From an uncultured delta proteobacterium (GTDB lineage Bacteria; Desulfobacterota; Desulfobacteria; Desulfobacterales; JAFDCJ01): DNA of 64,000 bases. The DNA lies in NCBI GenBank assembly GCA_963769935.1, contig CAVYNY010000018.1:295016-359015 (forward strand). The letters run 5' to 3'. The notes below the pieces were generated by a model, which was not told the DNA's origin, ran no database searches, and worked only from the letters and a program-made list of their open reading frames with translations. Within the stretch, counting starts at the first letter, position 1, and every line of letters starts with the position of its first letter. This document shows positions 10,621-23,884 of this stretch, piece after piece. A program made the position numbers and the translations under genes.

Positions 10621-12679
10621 ATGCCTCCAAATCCAGACCAGTCCCCCGATACCGCCGCCAAGGATAAAATCGATCGCGCGCTGCGGCATTTGCTGCAAAA
10701 TGATCCCTATTTAGCGCCTTATGAAAAGATTATTGCGCGCCGGCTGCTAAAAATTGAAGCCACCGCAAACCGTCTGACCCAGGGCAACATTACTTTGGAT
10801 GATTTTGCCTCCGGCCATGAATACTTCGGCCTCCATTTCCGGGACAATCAATGGGTCCTGCGGGAATGGGCGCCGAATGCCGTTCGGATTTATCTGATCG
10901 GCAACATGACCGGCTGGCAGGAAAAAGAAGATTATGCCCTTAACCGTCTGGCGGACGGGGAAGTTTGGGAGATCCGCCTGCCTGCGGAAAAGATCACCCA
11001 CCTTGATCTATACCGGCTTCGCATTCATTGGCCCGGCGGGGAGGGGGATCGCATTCCGGCCTATGCCCGACGGGTGGTTCAGGATCCGGCCACGTTGATT
11101 TTCAATGCCCAAGTCTGGCAGCCGCATTCACCCCACCGGTGGCGCTGCCGGAATTTTAAGCGCCGCAATGAAGCCGTTCTGATTTACGAAACCCACATCG
11201 GCATGGCCCAGGAAAAAGAGGCCGTAGGAACGTTTCAGGAATTTTCCGCCAACTGTTTTGCCTCGCATCGTAAAATCCGGCTACAATGCCATCCAGCTAA
11301 TGGCGATTCAGGAACACCCCTATTACGGTTCGTTCGGCTATCAGGTGTCAAACTTTTTTGCCGTCTCATCCCGTTTCGGAACACCGGATGATCTCAAGGC
11401 TTTGATTGATGAAGCACATGCATCCGGCCTGGCTGTTTTTATGGACATGGTTCATTCCCACGCCGTATCGAATGAAACCGAAGGACTCAGCCGCTTTGAC
11501 GGCACCCTGTATCAATACTTTCATGACGGGCCTCGCGGTCTGCACCGGCTCTGGGATTCCCGCTGTTTTGACTACGGTAAATATCAGGTGTTGCATTTTC
11601 TTCTTTCCAACTGCCGCTTCTGGCTGGACGAATACCGTTTTGACGGATTTCGCTTCGACGGAATCACCTCCATGCTTTATCTGCATCACGGCATGAATAA
11701 GGCCTTTACCACCTATCAGGATTATTTCGATGAAAGTGTGGATGAAGATGCACTGACCTACCTGGGCCTCGTTAACCGGCTGATTCACAATCTTCGGCCG
11801 GAAGCCGTAACCATCGCTGAAGATGTCAGCGGTATGCCGGGCCTGGCTGCACCTCAAGATAACGGGGGTTACGGTTTTGACTACCGTTTTGCCATGGGGA
11901 TTGCAGACTTGTGGATCAAGCTGATCAAAGAGGTGCCGGATGAGAACTGGCCCATGGGGCATCTGTGGTACGAGTTGACCAACCGGCGCGCCGAAGAAAA
12001 AACCATCAGCTATGCCGAATCCCACGATCAGGCCCTGGTAGGTGACCAGTCTATTATTTTCCGGTTGATCGATGCCGACATGTATGGCCACATGCACATT
12101 GGTGATGAAAATATCCGGGTAGAGCGCGGTCTGGCCCTGCACAAAATGATCCGCCTGGTGACCCTGGCTACGGCCGGCGGCGGTTATCTGAATTTCATGG
12201 GCAATGAATTCGGACATCCGGAGTGGATTGATTTCCCGCGGCAAGGCAACAACTGGTCCTACATGCATGCCCGGCGACAGTGGCATCTGGTGGACAATCC
12301 CGATTTAACCTATCAGTTTCTGGCTGAATTCGACCGGGCGATGATCGCAACGGCAAAAAAATTCAAGATTCTGGAAAAACCCGGACCCCGCATTTTATAC
12401 GAACATTCAGACAACAAGCTGCTTATCTTCGAAAGAGCCGGCCTCCTATTTGCTTTCAATTTTCATCCGGGTCGTTCATACCCGGATTACCGCTTCGAAG
12501 CTCCGCCGGGCAGATATCAATTGATAGTTGACAGCGACGCAAGGCAATACGGCGGTCATGGCAGGTTGGCGGCCGGTCAGGAGCATCTCAGTTTCAGCAG
12601 TATCGACGCCGATCGAAAACTTCAATATCTCAGTCTATACCTGCCCTCTCGCACCGCCTTGGTTCTGGAGCGAAGATAA
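10621..12679 (+). CDS. glgB: 1,4-alpha-glucan branching enzyme, split by a single +1 indel near 11254
   Basis: ORFs 10621-11391 (REWAPNA, IYETHIG) and 11258-12679 (GSFGYQV, FDGFRFDGITSM, YAESHDQ, NFMGNEFGHPEW) join as EFSAN-VLPRI if one base is removed from aactgttttg. Confidence 0.92.
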
Positions 12680-12730
12680 TTATTCGGAACCATGAATAAT
12701 AAAGATGTAACCGAGGCTGGTCAGCGGATT

Positions 12731-13327
12731 TTATAAATTCTTGTAGTTATAATAATAGCTTAAAACTCGTCTCACATACTCTTCCGTCTCCTCGTAGGGG
12801 GGAATCGTCTGATAATGATCAACCACCGAAGGACCGGCATTATAAGCAGCAAGAGACAGTGCCAGTTTACCGCCAAAACGATCATACAGTTGTTTAAAGT
12901 AGCGAGCACCGGCATTGATGTTCTGGGTCGGATCAAAAGGGTCGTCCAGGCCGAGCAGTTTAAAATTCTGCGGCATGATTTGCATCAACCCCATAGCGCC
13001 CTTTTTGGACACCGCCTGAGGATCAAAGTCGGACTCCGCTTTAATTATGGCCTTCAGCAACGGAAATGAAACGCCGTGGCGTTTTGAGGCTTGCGAGATC
13101 AACTCATCATATTTTTCATTATAGTACCAGGATGGACCCGGGCGTGTTCTTTCCCGCAGAAACAGCTTATAATCCCCGGATGATGAGGTAGGAGCATTGG
13201 TAAAATGCATGACGCCGTTTGCATCAACATATCGATAAATGTCGGCATAGGCGCCGGTAGCTGCAAAAACGGCAACGACTGCAAAAAGGATATAGAGAAT
13301 TAGTTTTTTTTTTCGACAGTCTTCCAT
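12731..13327 (-). CDS. Exported lytic transglycosylase (SLT domain) with N-terminal DUF4124-like domain
   Basis: Signal peptide, ADIYRYVD..G.MHFTN, then AESDF, GAMGLMQIMP, AAYNAG. Confidence 0.9.
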   Translation of the reverse strand: MEDCRKKKLILYILFAVVAVFAATGAYADIYRYVDANGVMHFTNAPTSSSGDYKLFLRERTRPGPSWYYNEKYDELISQASKRHGVSFPLLKAIIKAESDFDPQAVSKKGAMGLMQIMPQNFKLLGLDDPFDPTQNINAGARYFKQLYDRFGGKLALSLAAYNAGPSVVDHYQTIPPYEETEEYVRRVLSYYYNYKNL

Positions 13328-13452
13328 TCCAAATTTATATCTTTCTGCAGCGGAATAGAGGTTAGGACTTAAATGGTATAATAAATTTATACACTATCTG
13401 GAGATTAAGATCAATAAATTTTTGTTTACTTAAACAATTACAGAATGTTATA

Positions 13453-16400
13453 TTAAAACAACTTCAGTTGAACCTGCTGCGGCTGATTCTTTTTTTTGGG
13501 TTTAATGCGCGGGGATTCGTCCGATTTGAGTTGATTTTCAATATCGGTTACAAAAGGGGAAAGTTTGCGGTCATACACGCTGCCGTAAATTCTGCGTTTT
13601 ACCGCCCGGGTTAGATACAGCCGTTCCATGGCTCGGGTCATGGCAACGTAAAACAGCCGTCTTTCTTCCTGCCAATCGTTCGGCCGGCTGTCCGGTTTGT
13701 GATAGGGTATCAAATCCTGCTCGCAACCCGCAATAAACACCACCGGGAACTCCAGTCCTTTAGCGGCATGCATGGTCATCAGGGCTACTTTTTCAACCTG
13801 GGGTAAATAGGCGTCCGTATCGGTATGTAGCGCGGCAGCCGCCAAAAAATCGGCTGTGCGGGCCTCGAACCGGCCGGCAAAGTCAATTAAACGGGAAAAG
13901 GCTTCCTGGATGCGGCCGTCCTGATTCAGAATACCGGACAGCGGGGTGTTTTGGCAGAGATAGTGCAACTTGTCCGGCACCGATAGGGGCGCCATATTCT
14001 TTCTAATTTGCGTCAGGTGATTTGAAAACTGATTTATCAGTTGTTGTTTAGCGGAAACCATGCCAGGAACAGGAAACCGATTGGCCTTAATAAATCCTTC
14101 CTGCAGGGTTAACCGGTTTTGGAAACACCAGTTTTTAAACTGATCCATGGCTTTTTTCCCAAGACCGGGCAGGGCAAGCTGAAGGATTTTATCATAATCA
14201 AAAAACCCTCCGTTTCCCTCGATAACTTTTAAATATGAGACAAGCTCGGGCAGGCCCTCCTGATTTAACACATTTTCCCGGCTGGCAATTTGGCAGGGAA
14301 TTCCCTTTTTTTCGAATGTTTCGGCGATAATCCGATGTTGATCATGGGTGCGGTAGAGAACGGCAAAATCGGAATAACTGCACGATTTGGCGAGATTGGC
14401 CTCTTTAACCGTTCCGGTGTCAATGGAATGAAATCCGGTGCCGCCTATCTGCTGTTCGATGATTCCGGCAATCGCTTCCGCCTCGGCTCTCTCGTTGGCC
14501 AGCTCGAGAATGCTGATGGTTTTAACTCCGCGTATCTGAGAATATGTCCGCAAATTAGATGATTGAATGTGCTGATTTTTAATAATCTGAAAAGAGGCCT
14601 CCAGAATAGTTTGGGTCGAACGGTAATTGCGGCTCAATCTGATCACGGCGCAATTCGGATAATCATTTTTAAACCGGTTGAAAAAGGCAACATCCGACCC
14701 TCTGAATCCATAAATGGACTGATCCGGATCGCCGATTACGCAAAGATCCCTGACGGCGTGAACGTCCGGTGCCAGGGCGCGAATGATGCGATATTGGGAC
14801 TGATTTAGATCCTGGTATTCATCCACAAAAATATGCTGAAATTTTTCGCGATATTTGTGGCGTTGTTCGTCATTTGTTTCCAGCAGTTTTACGACATTAA
14901 AGATTAGATCTTCATAATCACAAAATCCCTGGATAGCCAGCAGACGCTGATAAACGCGGTAGATCCTTGAAAGAACCCGGTTCTGCGGGTCATTGCCGGC
15001 CATCTTGTCAAATTCTGAAGGGTCGCGTACCTGTTGTTTTGCCTCGATGATTCGACTTAATACCTCGCCGGATTTCAAAGCCACCTTGTGACCGGCCGCT
15101 TTAACATACTTCAAGGCTTCTGCAATCAGTGCCTGTCGATGCGCTTCATCGATGATGCCGGTCGGCTTCACGTTTTGATCGTTTAAAATTTTAAAACATA
15201 GCGCGTGGAAGGTAGCGATCAGCGGCAGTTTTAGGGAATCTCGCAGCAGGGTCTCCAGTCTGGCCCGCATTTCCTGGGCAGCCTTATTGGTAAAGGTTAC
15301 CGCCAGCATTTGATGCGGCACGGCTGCTTTCTGCAAAATTAAATGGGCCATACGGTGGGTGAGGGTGCGGGTTTTGCCGGTGCCGGGTCCGGCCACGATC
15401 AGCAGCGCTCCGCTTGGATATTCAACCGCCTGGCGCTGTTCGGTATTTAATTGATCCAGCAGGGTGACCGACTTGTAATCACTTGTTGCATCCCCCCTGG
15501 AGGGGATTGATCTATCCTTAATTTTCGGAGCATCGGTTTTTTGCGGCAGAGATGGCACTTCGATATCAATTGTTTCGGAAGAAAATCCGGCCGCCGGCAT
15601 TGAAAACAGTGATTTTTGGCCGAGCAGGGATTCACGTTCCCGGGGTTTAAATAATTTGACCCGACCATACTCCCCATCGTATCCGGGCAGCACCTCGATT
15701 TCTTTGTTTCGCATTCTTCGGATTGCTTCACCCAGCAGCGGTATTCCGGCCCGATCCATTTCTTCCGGTGCAAGTACGTGCAATATATTAAGTTCCGACC
15801 CCAGCTGTTTGAGAGTTGTTTTATAACTATTTTGAACTTTTTTAGAATTGGGTCCGACCATCAGTATTTCGGAAAGAATATCTATCAATTGTACGATGCT
15901 GTAGTAAGGCGGGCGGTTTTCAGGTTTATTATTCTCATTTCGATCCGCCAGTTCTTCCACGCGATATAAAACCCCCAGTGTCAGGGCTTTGCCGCAGACC
16001 GGACATTTGCCGTCATATTTCATGGTCTTTGGGGGCCGGAGCCGAACCTTGCAGTTGCGATGCCCATCCAAATGATACTTGCCTTCCTCGGGATAAAATT
16101 CAAAAGTTCCCAGAAAGGTTGCAAGATCTTTTGATGCCAACGCAGATTTAATGTCAGCATAGGATAGTCCGGTGTTGAAAACATTGGCCTCTCTTCCCAC
16201 ATTCATCGGCGAATGCGCATCCGAGTTGGATACCAGCGTCAAGCCATCCAGACCGGAAACCCGCCAATTCATGGGAGGATCCGAAGAAAGGCCGGTTTCA
16301 ACGGCAAATATGTAAGATGTCAGATCTTCGAAGCATTCTTCAATAGAATCAAACCCGGATTTAGATCCCAGCATTGAAAACCACGGCGTCCAGATATGAG

Positions 16401-16887
16401 CCGGAATCAGAATTCCCTGATCCGAGACTTCCAGCAAAATTTCCAGCAGATTACGGGCATCCAGCCCCAGAATAGGCCGGCCGTCGGATTTAATGTTGCC
16501 GATAGTTTCCAGTTTGGCATTAAATTTAGCGGCAGTTGCCAGATCCGGCAGCAGAACCAAGTTGTGGTTTTTGCGGGTGCGGTTGTCTTTTTTATATATG
16601 TTGCTGATTTCAGTGCTTAAAATAAAGCGAACCGTATTTCGGCAGGCTGGCGGAACCTGCTGGTCACAAATTTGGGCATACGCTTGCTTGAGTTTGAAAA
16701 GGCCGGGTTCGGCCGGTTCGAGTTTTTCACAAATTTCGGCAAACCACTCCGGATAGGTAACGTCGCCGGTGCCGACAACCGTTACCCCTTTCAACTGGGC
16801 GGCAATATACAAATTTTCAAGATCCAGGTTTTTGGCAGTCGCCCTGGAAAATTTTGAATGAACATGTAAATCGGCAATGAATTTCAT
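13453..16887 (-). CDS. Endonuclease Q-like PHP domain fused to a UvrD/PcrA (SF1A) helicase
   Basis: N-terminus: DLHVHS, HIWTPWFS, ETGLSSD, SNSDAHS, GKYH, CPVCG. C-terminus: AGPGTGKT, VDEYQD, GDPDQSIYGFRG, TMHAAKGLEF, EERRLFYVAMTRA. Confidence 0.92.
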   Translation of the reverse strand: MKFIADLHVHSKFSRATAKNLDLENLYIAAQLKGVTVVGTGDVTYPEWFAEICEKLEPAEPGLFKLKQAYAQICDQQVPPACRNTVRFILSTEISNIYKKDNRTRKNHNLVLLPDLATAAKFNAKLETIGNIKSDGRPILGLDARNLLEILLEVSDQGILIPAHIWTPWFSMLGSKSGFDSIEECFEDLTSYIFAVETGLSSDPPMNWRVSGLDGLTLVSNSDAHSPMNVGREANVFNTGLSYADIKSALASKDLATFLGTFEFYPEEGKYHLDGHRNCKVRLRPPKTMKYDGKCPVCGKALTLGVLYRVEELADRNENNKPENRPPYYSIVQLIDILSEILMVGPNSKKVQNSYKTTLKQLGSELNILHVLAPEEMDRAGIPLLGEAIRRMRNKEIEVLPGYDGEYGRVKLFKPRERESLLGQKSLFSMPAAGFSSETIDIEVPSLPQKTDAPKIKDRSIPSRGDATSDYKSVTLLDQLNTEQRQAVEYPSGALLIVAGPGTGKTRTLTHRMAHLILQKAAVPHQMLAVTFTNKAAQEMRARLETLLRDSLKLPLIATFHALCFKILNDQNVKPTGIIDEAHRQALIAEALKYVKAAGHKVALKSGEVLSRIIEAKQQVRDPSEFDKMAGNDPQNRVLSRIYRVYQRLLAIQGFCDYEDLIFNVVKLLETNDEQRHKYREKFQHIFVDEYQDLNQSQYRIIRALAPDVHAVRDLCVIGDPDQSIYGFRGSDVAFFNRFKNDYPNCAVIRLSRNYRSTQTILEASFQIIKNQHIQSSNLRTYSQIRGVKTISILELANERAEAEAIAGIIEQQIGGTGFHSIDTGTVKEANLAKSCSYSDFAVLYRTHDQHRIIAETFEKKGIPCQIASRENVLNQEGLPELVSYLKVIEGNGGFFDYDKILQLALPGLGKKAMDQFKNWCFQNRLTLQEGFIKANRFPVPGMVSAKQQLINQFSNHLTQIRKNMAPLSVPDKLHYLCQNTPLSGILNQDGRIQEAFSRLIDFAGRFEARTADFLAAAALHTDTDAYLPQVEKVALMTMHAAKGLEFPVVFIAGCEQDLIPYHKPDSRPNDWQEERRLFYVAMTRAMERLYLTRAVKRRIYGSVYDRKLSPFVTDIENQLKSDESPRIKPKKKNQPQQVQLKLF

Positions 16888-17045
16888 AATATTGGCTGGC
16901 GCGGGCTTTTACTTGAATAATTTCGTATAATGGGAGAATTTGCTTGTAACATATTCCTAAACTCGCTATATATTTATTTTAAATGGTTTTCAACACTATA
17001 TATTGTATCTTTAGACTTTGGTTATAAGGTAAATCATATTCCGTT

Positions 17046-17654
17046 ATGAGTATTCTATCCGGTTCCGTCTCGATTACACGCTATAAGGTCCAAGGCCAAA
17101 TGAAGGCGCCGATTACCGAAAATATTGGCAATGGCTTGATGGTAAATACGATTACGGAAATTGACAATCAAATTTCGGATAAGGCAGTCGGATGGACGAC
17201 GTTTAACAAACCGTTTCAGCCGAATTTTGAAGGATCTTCCTTTGTTTACGGCAGTTATTTTGTTTTTTCCCTGCGAATCGATAAAAAAAATATCACCCCG
17301 AAGGTTCTAAAAAAACAATACACGATAGAAGCCGCCAAACGGATGGCTGAATCTGGACGGGAGTATTTATCCAAAACTGAAAAAAAATTAATTAAAGACC
17401 ATGTCATCAGCGGGTTAAACCTGCGCATTCCGGCAACTCCGAATGTGTACGACCTGGTATGGAATCACGAGGATGCTTTAGTTTGGTTTTTTTCCAATTT
17501 AAAAGCCGCCAACGAAGAATTGGAAACCCTGTTTGCCAAATCATTCAGCCTGTCTTTGATACGGCTATTTCCCTATACCGCTGCCGAATTGTCTTCCGGG
17601 CTTTCAGATACTCAGCGCGATGGGCTGCAAAAAATATCGCCGACTCAGTATTAG
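17046..17654 (+). CDS. RdgC-like recombination-associated protein
   Basis: VGW...FSLRIDKK...K..IKD...L..R.P...YDLVWN pattern, resembling the N-terminal half of RdgC. Confidence 0.7.
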   Translation: MSILSGSVSITRYKVQGQMKAPITENIGNGLMVNTITEIDNQISDKAVGWTTFNKPFQPNFEGSSFVYGSYFVFSLRIDKKNITPKVLKKQYTIEAAKRMAESGREYLSKTEKKLIKDHVISGLNLRIPATPNVYDLVWNHEDALVWFFSNLKAANEELETLFAKSFSLSLIRLFPYTAAELSSGLSDTQRDGLQKISPTQY

Positions 17655-17657
17655 TAA

Positions 17658-18194
17658 GTGAATAAAATGTTGGATGTTGCTGTTGCCTATAATCGCTATC
17701 AATTTCTCGGGGAAGAATTTCTAACCTGGGTATGGTTTATTATTGATAACGATCAAGATCTTCTTAAAAATTTTGACAAAGATTATGTCGCTCTGGAAGT
17801 CGGCAATCGGATTGTATTTGAAAATCGCCGCAAAGATGCCGCTGAGCGCCTGACTATTAAAGGGGACGGCGCAAGCCTGGAGGAGGGAATTATTGCCTTG
17901 AAAAAAGGCGCTCTGGTTACTGAACTGAATGTTGTCTATAAATCCTCAGAGCTGACCTGGCAATTTACACTCAAAGGTGAAAGTTTGAATATCAGCAGCT
18001 TAAGTATCCCGAGCACCGGCTCCGCCGAATCCGAAGAAGATATTGAAGGTGTTGTTCTTGAAAAAATATTTCTATTTGAAAAAATTCTGAAGCTGATCGA
18101 AAATTTGTTCAGCCACTATGTTAAACTAAGAGTATCGGATACGTGGCAGGGTAAAGAAGTGCCCCGCATCAGCAAATGGATCCAGTCTTCATAA
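17658..18194 (+). CDS. Conserved hypothetical protein, probable RdgC-like partner (C-terminal-half-like)
   Basis: FLGEEFLTW...E...ALKKGA.V motif. Starts 3 bp after the RdgC-like gene; the true start may be the ATG at 17667. Confidence 0.6.
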   Translation: MNKMLDVAVAYNRYQFLGEEFLTWVWFIIDNDQDLLKNFDKDYVALEVGNRIVFENRRKDAAERLTIKGDGASLEEGIIALKKGALVTELNVVYKSSELTWQFTLKGESLNISSLSIPSTGSAESEEDIEGVVLEKIFLFEKILKLIENLFSHYVKLRVSDTWQGKEVPRISKWIQSS

Positions 18195-18445
18195 AAAAAT
18201 GATGACGACATTGTTTTTGACAACAAAATTTTCATATTTTGTTGATAATTTCCTATTTTTGAACAATCGGTTTGAGGCTGACTGAAACCGGCCGGTTGTC
18301 AGCCTGATATCATCTGATTTATAGTTTATTTAAAAATAAAAAAGTTATTATATTTTAATAAGTTAAAAAGTTATTAGTGTTATCAACAACAATATATTAT
18401 TATAATACTTATTATTATTATTAATAACAAATTAAGGAAAAATAG
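18195..18445. promoter_or_regulatory. Candidate replication origin (oriC-like) upstream of dnaN
   Basis: One-mismatch DnaA-box-like 9-mers TGTTGATAA (18240), TTTTGAACA (18257) and TTATCAACA (18380), followed by a very AT-rich tract with (TTA)5 at 18409-18423. Confidence 0.55.
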
Positions 18446-22008
<3,563 letters not shown>

Positions 22009-22206
22009 AGGCTCAACCTGAACCCCCTACATAGTAATCCATCGTTGGTATATTCAATTTTAGTTGTTTCAGTTACTTTAGAGTACTGGCGTGTTGGATT
22101 AATGCCTGACGGATTGAGGTCTTTTTCTCCACGACTCCAAGATTAAGTCTTTAAAAAACTGCCGATTCAAATAACTATCCATTCAAACGATCACCGGTTC
22201 AAAAAC

Positions 22207-22998
22207 ATGCATATTCATCAAGTCAAAGCCAGAGATTTGCCGGACCTGTGGTTTCAGGCCGTAAATGATATTCTTGACAACGGGCAGCGGTTTGTCATCG
22301 ACCGCGGATCCTATGCCGGGCAAACGCGGCTGGAATACGATTACTTCATGGGCCATGTTACCTACCCCGGTACCGTACCATTGATACCGGATATTCCGGC
22401 CTCCTGCGGTATTCCCAATCCGGTTGAGCATGACTATATATACGGCGGCGCCGGTTATGACCGCGCCTATATAGAATATTTAATGTCACCCCGTAAAGAA
22501 CCGGGTGAATCCTATACGTACGGCGAACGTTTGACGAAAGTTCCGTTGACCGGTGACAAACTGGGCTGGTGGAAAGAGGCCAACACAGAAATTATCGACA
22601 AACGTGCAATCGACGGCAGTATGGTTTTTGAAGAAAACGGGCAGCTGTATTTGAATCAGATCGAATGGATCATTGCCACCTATAAACAATTCGGGCCGCG
22701 CAACAATCAGCTCGTGTTGCAGGTCGCCCATCCATCGGATCTGACCCTGCTGGATCCACCCTGCCTGCGATCCATCGACACGCGCATCCAAAATGACAAA
22801 CTGCATTTTTTCGTGTATTTTCGCTCCTGGGATCTTTGGAACGGGTTTCCGGCCAACCTGGCAGCGATTCAGAACCTAAAAGAATACATGGCCGGCGAGA
22901 TCGGCGTCAAAGACGGCGAGATGATTGTGGAGAGCAAGGGGCTGCACCTCTATGGTTATGCCGAGGATCTTGCGAAATTGAGGTGTCTGAGGGACTGA
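22207..22998 (+). CDS. thyA: Thymidylate synthase (divergent, archaeal-like ThyA)
   Basis: YTYGERL, catalytic PPCL, FRSWD...FPAN, LHLY. Confidence 0.85.
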   Translation: MHIHQVKARDLPDLWFQAVNDILDNGQRFVIDRGSYAGQTRLEYDYFMGHVTYPGTVPLIPDIPASCGIPNPVEHDYIYGGAGYDRAYIEYLMSPRKEPGESYTYGERLTKVPLTGDKLGWWKEANTEIIDKRAIDGSMVFEENGQLYLNQIEWIIATYKQFGPRNNQLVLQVAHPSDLTLLDPPCLRSIDTRIQNDKLHFFVYFRSWDLWNGFPANLAAIQNLKEYMAGEIGVKDGEMIVESKGLHLYGYAEDLAKLRCLRD

Positions 22999-23000
22999 TG

Positions 23001-23831
23001 TCATGAGAAGAAAGGCTTTTTCGGTGATGTTTTCATGCCTTCGGCCATGCGCCAGACAACACGTCCGTCGCCTTCCATATCATCCAGGGTTGCAAAAAGT
23101 TGTTTGACCATATCGCATCTATCCTGATAGCCCCGGTCCGGGAACAGTGAGGCCGATTGGGCCGGAATCGAAAAAAAATCCTGCAAAAATCCGATATCCA
23201 GAGGCCGTGTCCAGCGATGGTGGCGTATATTGCCGCAACGATCAGCCAGGGATTTGCTGGCATTTGGGTAGTCCGTGATCACACGAAATCGTGGCAGAGG
23301 TTTTCCCAATCGTTTGAAAGCGATATCAAATAAATCTGCTTCGTCAACGCCAAGCAACTGGGGATAGAAAGAAAACGCGATCTTGCCACCTGGAAAAAGG
23401 CAGTTGTAGGCTTCGTCAATGGCTTTAGCGGCATCGGGGAAAATAAAAACTGAGGCGTTGAAGAGGACGTAATCAAACTGACGTTTACCGACAATCGGTG
23501 AAAGGTTTTCACCATCTCCCACCATCAGGCATATTTCTTCGCTTTTTTCCAGAGAACGTCCGGCGGCAATCATCTCCGGCGACAGATCAACCCCTAAGAC
23601 GCGGCACCCGTATCGCGCGTTGAGGACCCTTGCAGACAACCCATAACCGCAGCCAACATCCAGAACCGATGATCCATGCTCAATCTCAATGGATTCCGCC
23701 AGCTTTAAAGCATAAGCTGAAAAAAACCGATGCTTTGCCTCGAATGCTTGATAAACCTGGATGCTCTGATCAAAGTTGTTGGCGACGTTGCGCTTGACCT
23801 TCTCATTGAAATCCATGCTGATTTGCTCCAT
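23001..23831 (-). CDS. Class I SAM-dependent methyltransferase
   Basis: VLDVGCGYG, GVDLSPEM, FDYV, L.PGG. Confidence 0.85.
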   Translation of the reverse strand: MEQISMDFNEKVKRNVANNFDQSIQVYQAFEAKHRFFSAYALKLAESIEIEHGSSVLDVGCGYGLSARVLNARYGCRVLGVDLSPEMIAAGRSLEKSEEICLMVGDGENLSPIVGKRQFDYVLFNASVFIFPDAAKAIDEAYNCLFPGGKIAFSFYPQLLGVDEADLFDIAFKRLGKPLPRFRVITDYPNASKSLADRCGNIRHHRWTRPLDIGFLQDFFSIPAQSASLFPDRGYQDRCDMVKQLFATLDDMEGDGRVVWRMAEGMKTSPKKPFFS

Positions 23832-23884
23832 ATAAACAGTTCATATTTTTGCACCCGATTTGCAGATTTAGCTTTTAAATTATT

